Below are positions 59,665 through 64,000 of a stretch of 64,000 bases of DNA, piece after piece. The notes beneath the pieces are model-generated. The model had not been told where the DNA came from and ran no database searches. It saw nothing but the letters and a program-made list of their open reading frames with translations. This DNA comes from Myxococcota bacterium (lineage in GTDB: Bacteria > Myxococcota_A > SURF-8). The stretch is taken from contig CAXXQS010000001.1 of assembly GCA_963674735.2 (NCBI GenBank), positions 384,001 to 448,000 of the forward strand. The letters run 5' to 3'. Numbering within the stretch: the first letter of the stretch is position 1; each line of letters begins with the position of its first letter. The position numbers and the translations under genes are program-made.

Positions 59665-60498
59665 CTACTCCCCATCTCGCGCACAGCGGAAACCGAGACT
59701 AATAGCGACATCAAGCATTAGAGCTGGCCCTCGGTCATATAGGCTATTAGAAGATGATGCCGATGCTTGGTACGATTGATTCCTCGTAACGACCTCACTT
59801 TGGGGATACATTACACAATCCATTACCCAGGCACTGCCGTCGTCCGGGGCTCCTTCAAAAGATGGATGCCAGCAATCCTCTACCCATTCTGTCACGTTGC
59901 CATGCATATCATAAAGACCGAAGGCATTGGGTTGTTTTTCTCCTACCGGATGGGCATGGTTATCACTGTTTTGTTCCACCCAAGCGATGTCGAGCAGACA
60001 GCAATCCTCAATTTCCACATCTATACCACAGACCTCTTCGCCACAGTAATAGAGACCTTCCGTTCCGGCACGAGCGGCGTATTCCCATTCGGCTTCGCTG
60101 GGTAGCCGTCCTCCCACGGCTTCGCAGAAAGCACGGGTGTCGTGCCAGGACACCCTTGCCACCGGGCAATCGGCACATTCGTGCATCGTGTCCGCCAGCG
60201 GATTGCTTCCTATGACCTGTTCGTACTGCGTCTGCGTGACCTCGGTGGCCATCATCTCGAAGGCCGGGACGTTCACCTCATGAGAAGGGCTACTTGGGGA
60301 TGGGCAGTTCCAGTAATTATAATCATCTGAGTTGTCATACTTACAGCCCATGGTGAAACTGCCGGCTGGGATGGAAGCCCAACCCAAATCTGGATCGGAT
60401 TCCGAATCGGATTCCGAATCGCAGGCGGTAAGGGCCAGCAGCAGCAGGGGCAATAGCGCAAAAGCGCGCAACGGACGCATTCGGCGTATCAAGCGCAT
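59665..60498 (-). CDS. Lipoprotein with a formylglycine-generating-enzyme (FGE/SUMF1, CLec-fold) domain
   Basis: Lipobox LTAC; IPAGSFTMG, TEVT, RLPSEAEWEYAAR, PNAFGLYDMHGNVTEW, GFRCAR. Confidence 0.9.
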   Translation of the reverse strand: MRLIRRMRPLRAFALLPLLLLALTACDSESDSESDPDLGWASIPAGSFTMGCKYDNSDDYNYWNCPSPSSPSHEVNVPAFEMMATEVTQTQYEQVIGSNPLADTMHECADCPVARVSWHDTRAFCEAVGGRLPSEAEWEYAARAGTEGLYYCGEEVCGIDVEIEDCCLLDIAWVEQNSDNHAHPVGEKQPNAFGLYDMHGNVTEWVEDCWHPSFEGAPDDGSAWVMDCVMYPQSEVVTRNQSYQASASSSNSLYDRGPALMLDVAISLGFRCARDGE

Positions 60499-60671
60499 AA
60501 CAACCCCTTCCCAAGCTGAGAGATGATCGATTCGGTGACGAGTGAGATGATTCTAGCATGCAGGCTTGAACGAGTCAAGCTCTATGTGGCTCAGGTGTGT
60601 GACATGGCATGACGGGCGGCGGGTGGCGGCTCGAAGCCTCACCTACTCGCGGTTGGGTGGCCTGGGTAACG

Positions 60672-60759
60672 GGTGCCATGGGCCAAGCGGAATGAAGTAG
60701 AGCTTGCCCGTGTTCGAAGATCCTGCACATGGGCAAGCTAACGCTTAGCCCATGGCACC
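60672..60759. repeat. Nested long palindrome (REPIN/MITE-like)
   Basis: GGTGCCATGGGC...AGCTTGCCCGTGT-loop-ACATGGGCAAGCT...GCCCATGGCACC. Confidence 0.75.
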
Positions 60760-60811
60760 GATCCAGTTTCAACGTTCAGGGCTTGTCACGGCCACCTATC
60801 CGCTGCGCGGG

Positions 60812-60882
60812 CCTCTCCCGCAGGAGAGGGCAATCCGTCTCTCCACTGGGAGAGGTCGCCGACCCTGGGTCGGCGGGTGAGG
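60812..60882. repeat. CTCTCC/GGAGAG palindromic repeat cluster
   Basis: CCTCTCC...GGAGAGG, CTCTCC-ACTG-GGAGAG and CGCCGACCC-T-GGGTCGGCG. Confidence 0.6.
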
Positions 60883-60932
60883 TTGTCTCTGTCGGAGACG
60901 CGATGAGTGGCTACGCTATGGAAACCGGCGTC

Positions 60933-62459
60933 TTAAAAACGCCACGAGACCTTGACGCCGCTCGTGCCGGTGGCCGGATCGATGGTCGGGGTGACGGCCA
61001 CATGCTGCATGGGCGGCAGAATCAAGAGGACGACTCCGGCGATCATGCCCGCCGACCCGACACCCATCAGCACCCCACCGGCGATACGCGACTTCTTGCC
61101 GAGGCTGCGTTCGTCGTCGCGGTCGGGGTCGTCCAGGGCCAGGGAATTTGCGTTATCATAGTGATTTTGCGCTTCCACCTCCAAAAAGGCACCGAATCCC
61201 ACCAGCAAAGCGCTGATGACGGTGGTGAAGGCGCCCGGACGATAGTCGGGTGTTTCCGCCACCTGCTGGCCCGGTCGCAAGGCCAGACCCTTTTCCAGGG
61301 TGAGATCGAGGCGCGTTTCCTCATCGGCGAGAACCGTGACGCGTTCCTCGCGGGTGGCGTAGCCGCTTTGCACCAGCGTTACCGTGTAGTTGCCTGGAGG
61401 AAGATCGGCGGTGTAGGTGTTTTCCGAGACTTTGCGGTCGTTGAGAAAGATCTCGACGTTTTTCTTCTTTTCCTTGTTGCTGCAGTTCACCACCAGGCGG
61501 CCTTGTTCGGGACGGAACTCGTGCCGGATGCGAGCCACGCCGTTGGGCGGGACGTCCACCTTCAGCAGGGTTTCGGGGTAGGGCGGCATGGAAAGCTGGA
61601 TGTTGTGCTGGCCGACGATCACGTTTCGCAGAATGTCCGGTGTGACGCCCATGCGCTTCCCGTCGAGAAAAATGCTGGCTCCCGCTGGAACCGAGTCGAC
61701 CAGAATTTCTCCCTGGCGCGTAACCAGATCGGCGAACCAGCGCCGGACTTCTCCCTTGGCGATTCGGATGCTTTCAAAAACGGCCGGATGTCCTTCGCGG
61801 CGGACGGACAAGGCAAGCTCGCGGCCGTCTTGGGCGGTCAGGCTGCAGGGCGTGCGACAGAGGACGGCATCGTTCAGGCGGACTTCGGCATGCAGGGGAA
61901 AAGAACTCACCCGCAGTGCGCCCTCTTCCAGGCGTATGCCGTTCGGCAGGCCGAGCAGATCGGGGACGATTTTCTCCAGCACCACCGGAGCGGCGGAGAA
62001 TTCGGGAATGGTTTCCACGATTTCACGCCAACGCGGGCCCATGGACATTTTCAAGCGCAAGTTGTATTGCCCATCGGCTCGCAGCGCAACTTGCAGCAGG
62101 ATGTCGTGTCGGATTCCGACGCGTTCTTTGTATAGCGCCATGCAGTCTTCGGGAAGCTGGCAAACGAGTTTGCCTTGCTGGCGTTGCCAGCCGATCTGGC
62201 GCAGAAACTCTTCGCGGGTGTACACCATCAGATCGGGATACTGGAAAAGAGCATCTTCCAGACTGCGTTTGAGCTTGACGGCGGTTTCGGGGGCGAGTTC
62301 ACCCTCGATCGGATGCAACAGGACCGGCAGGCGTTGGTCGTCGGTTTGCGCTTCGACCAGGCCGCTGTCGAACGATTCGGCTGCCATCGAAGGCAAACAA
62401 AGGCCCCACATGAGGAGGAGCAGCAAGGCGAAATGAACGCGAAAAAACCAGCTAAACAT
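60933..62459 (-). CDS. PEGA-domain protein
   Basis: Signal peptide; VSSFPLHAEV and VDSVPAGASIFLDG...GVTP PEGA repeats; hydrophobic C-terminus ending VSWRF. Start could be 62459 or 62471. Confidence 0.8.
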   Translation of the reverse strand: MFSWFFRVHFALLLLLMWGLCLPSMAAESFDSGLVEAQTDDQRLPVLLHPIEGELAPETAVKLKRSLEDALFQYPDLMVYTREEFLRQIGWQRQQGKLVCQLPEDCMALYKERVGIRHDILLQVALRADGQYNLRLKMSMGPRWREIVETIPEFSAAPVVLEKIVPDLLGLPNGIRLEEGALRVSSFPLHAEVRLNDAVLCRTPCSLTAQDGRELALSVRREGHPAVFESIRIAKGEVRRWFADLVTRQGEILVDSVPAGASIFLDGKRMGVTPDILRNVIVGQHNIQLSMPPYPETLLKVDVPPNGVARIRHEFRPEQGRLVVNCSNKEKKKNVEIFLNDRKVSENTYTADLPPGNYTVTLVQSGYATREERVTVLADEETRLDLTLEKGLALRPGQQVAETPDYRPGAFTTVISALLVGFGAFLEVEAQNHYDNANSLALDDPDRDDERSLGKKSRIAGGVLMGVGSAGMIAGVVLLILPPMQHVAVTPTIDPATGTSGVKVSWRF

Positions 62460-62554
62460 CGGTGAATCCATCCATGATTGATCGTTGTCGGGCATCCTAG
62501 CACGGACGGGCGGGGACGGCAACGCCAAGACTCGAACGTGTTTGATAAGAAGCG

Positions 62555-64000
62555 CTATCGGCAAAAATCTTCGATGAAGTTGTCCCACAACGTGGCATCG
62601 CTCCAGGTCGCCCCCTCCGCTCGGTAATCGGGATGCAAAAAGCTGGCGCGCCGAGGGAAAAAGAGGGTCATGCCGTAAGCCCCCGGACGATCGGAGCTGT
62701 GCCGATTGTGCAGAATAACCTGCTCTTCGAGCTGTGCGCTCAACGCCTGGGCGGCCTGAGCCAGGCCGGGCTCCGACCAATCGTGCAAAAGCCGGGAGAA
62801 ATCGGCCAGATCGCGGGAGTGCTCGTCGCTGTAGCAGCCCTGGCTCTCGTCCCGCAGACGATCCAATTCATCGTAGCGTTGCTGATTGGCCATCAGGGCT
62901 CCGGCGAAGGCGTTTATGGGCTCATTCAGGGCCGCCAAAGCGGACAAATCGAGTACGGACAGCGTGGTCGGGGTTTCGGTCGCTTCGAAGAAAGTATCGA
63001 CGATCCATTCCCCCAGCCGAGGCGCCGTGCTGTCCGGTTCGTTTTGCAACTTCGGCAGGAAGAGGTGATAGGCCCAACCGCTGATCGGGATGACATCCTC
63101 GGCGGCCACCATCACCTGCGCATAGGGCGACGCGGCGTAACCGACCTCCCACATGCCCATCAGGCAGGCGTCGAAGCCGATCAGATCCAGCGGCTTGTTA
63201 AGTTCGCCGGTGATGGTGGACAGCGCCTGGGCCAATTCGCCTTGGGCGATGGAGATTTTGGAGCCGTTGCTGTGGTCGTCGCGGGAAAAGCTCTTGAATG
63301 TCGCGCTATTATCGGGACCGTGTTTCCAGCCATCGCCGTGATCCCACATGATCAGGGCATGGTGTTTGGCTGGGAAGGTGGAGACGGCCCAGACGCCGAA
63401 ATCGGCCAGTGTGTGCCAGTCGCCCATGTTTTTCTCATCTTGAGGAGCCATTTCCTCCCAGCCGCCGGGGAGCATGTACAGGCGGCGCGTCGCCCCGTCG
63501 TCACGGCCGTAGGAGTCGAACAGCACGACGACGTGCACGTCGCGAGTCGATCCCGCCTCGGCTAATTCGGCCAGGTCTTGATAACCGTTGTCTTCCAGGT
63601 TGTTGTCGGCATTCAGGTAGACCATCACCAGCCAGCGGTTGCCGTCCGGGTCGGGGATACATCCGTCCGTGGGGTCGTCGATGAAGCCGATATCGCAGTC
63701 GCAGGCGGCCGCGACGGTATCGGTTACCCGGCAGCGGGTGCGACGTGATTCGTGGCAGGGATTCGGGTCACAGGGATCGTCCAGGCAGGTGTTGTCGATA
63801 TCCAGGGTTCCCGGTTTGCACGCGCATTCGAAGTCACTCCAGTCGGCGTTGGCCAGACAGCGGCGGTCTTGCGGGCACTGCGCCGCCGAGCAGGGGTCGG
63901 GACGGAAATCGGCGGTCAGGTGATAAACGCCGCCGTCACGGTAGCTGTCGACGAACAGGAAGTAGGTGCCCGGATACAAAATGCGTGGTTCCAGTCCGGC
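62555..64000 (-). CDS. Clostripain (C11) family cysteine peptidase with EGF-like modules, 5'-truncated
   Basis: WLVMVYLNADNNLE, MWDHGDGW, IGFDACLMG; EGF-like CACKPG/CDCDIGF. Confidence 0.9.
   Translation of the reverse strand, partial: AGLEPRILYPGTYFLFVDSYRDGGVYHLTADFRPDPCSAAQCPQDRRCLANADWSDFECACKPGTLDIDNTCLDDPCDPNPCHESRRTRCRVTDTVAAACDCDIGFIDDPTDGCIPDPDGNRWLVMVYLNADNNLEDNGYQDLAELAEAGSTRDVHVVVLFDSYGRDDGATRRLYMLPGGWEEMAPQDEKNMGDWHTLADFGVWAVSTFPAKHHALIMWDHGDGWKHGPDNSATFKSFSRDDHSNGSKISIAQGELAQALSTITGELNKPLDLIGFDACLMGMWEVGYAASPYAQVMVAAEDVIPISGWAYHLFLPKLQNEPDSTAPRLGEWIVDTFFEATETPTTLSVLDLSALAALNEPINAFAGALMANQQRYDELDRLRDESQGCYSDEHSRDLADFSRLLHDWSEPGLAQAAQALSAQLEEQVILHNRHSSDRPGAYGMTLFFPRRASFLHPDYRAEGATWSDATLWDNFIEDFCR

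Noticed and set aside
60729-62135. 468-aa plus-strand ORF
   Set aside because: Antisense to the PEGA gene and starts within a palindromic repeat.

Overview
GC-rich bacterial chromosome window, most consistent with Myxococcota/deltaproteobacteria (MYXO-CTERM-like tail, PEGA-domain Ser/Thr kinase, many Cys-rich lipoproteins) and probably anaerobic (AOR-family oxidoreductase plus a selenoprotein). The core backbone is rsfS-rlmH, nagZ, addB-like, dut, udg, coaBC, lepA, lapB/lapA, sppA, rpsA, aor-moaD and pilT. It is interleaved with secreted or lipoprotein hydrolases and adhesin-like proteins that share Asp-rich (DGD)n linkers. Highlights: (1) a HesB-like selenoprotein truncated by the ORF track (in-frame TGA plus a SECIS-like hairpin), with a Cys paralog about 3.6 kb away; (2) tandem lipoproteins with conserved flanks around unrelated AT-richer Cys-rich central cassettes, plus a frameshifted third relative; (3) an AT-rich GAF-kinase/receiver/membrane-protein island at the rlmH 3' end; (4) a solo AT-rich SIR2-family gene right behind a REP-like palindrome pair. 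No rRNA, tRNA, CRISPR array, integrase, transposase or reverse transcriptase was recognised. All calls come from reading motifs by eye; no database searches were run, and GC statements are visual estimates.
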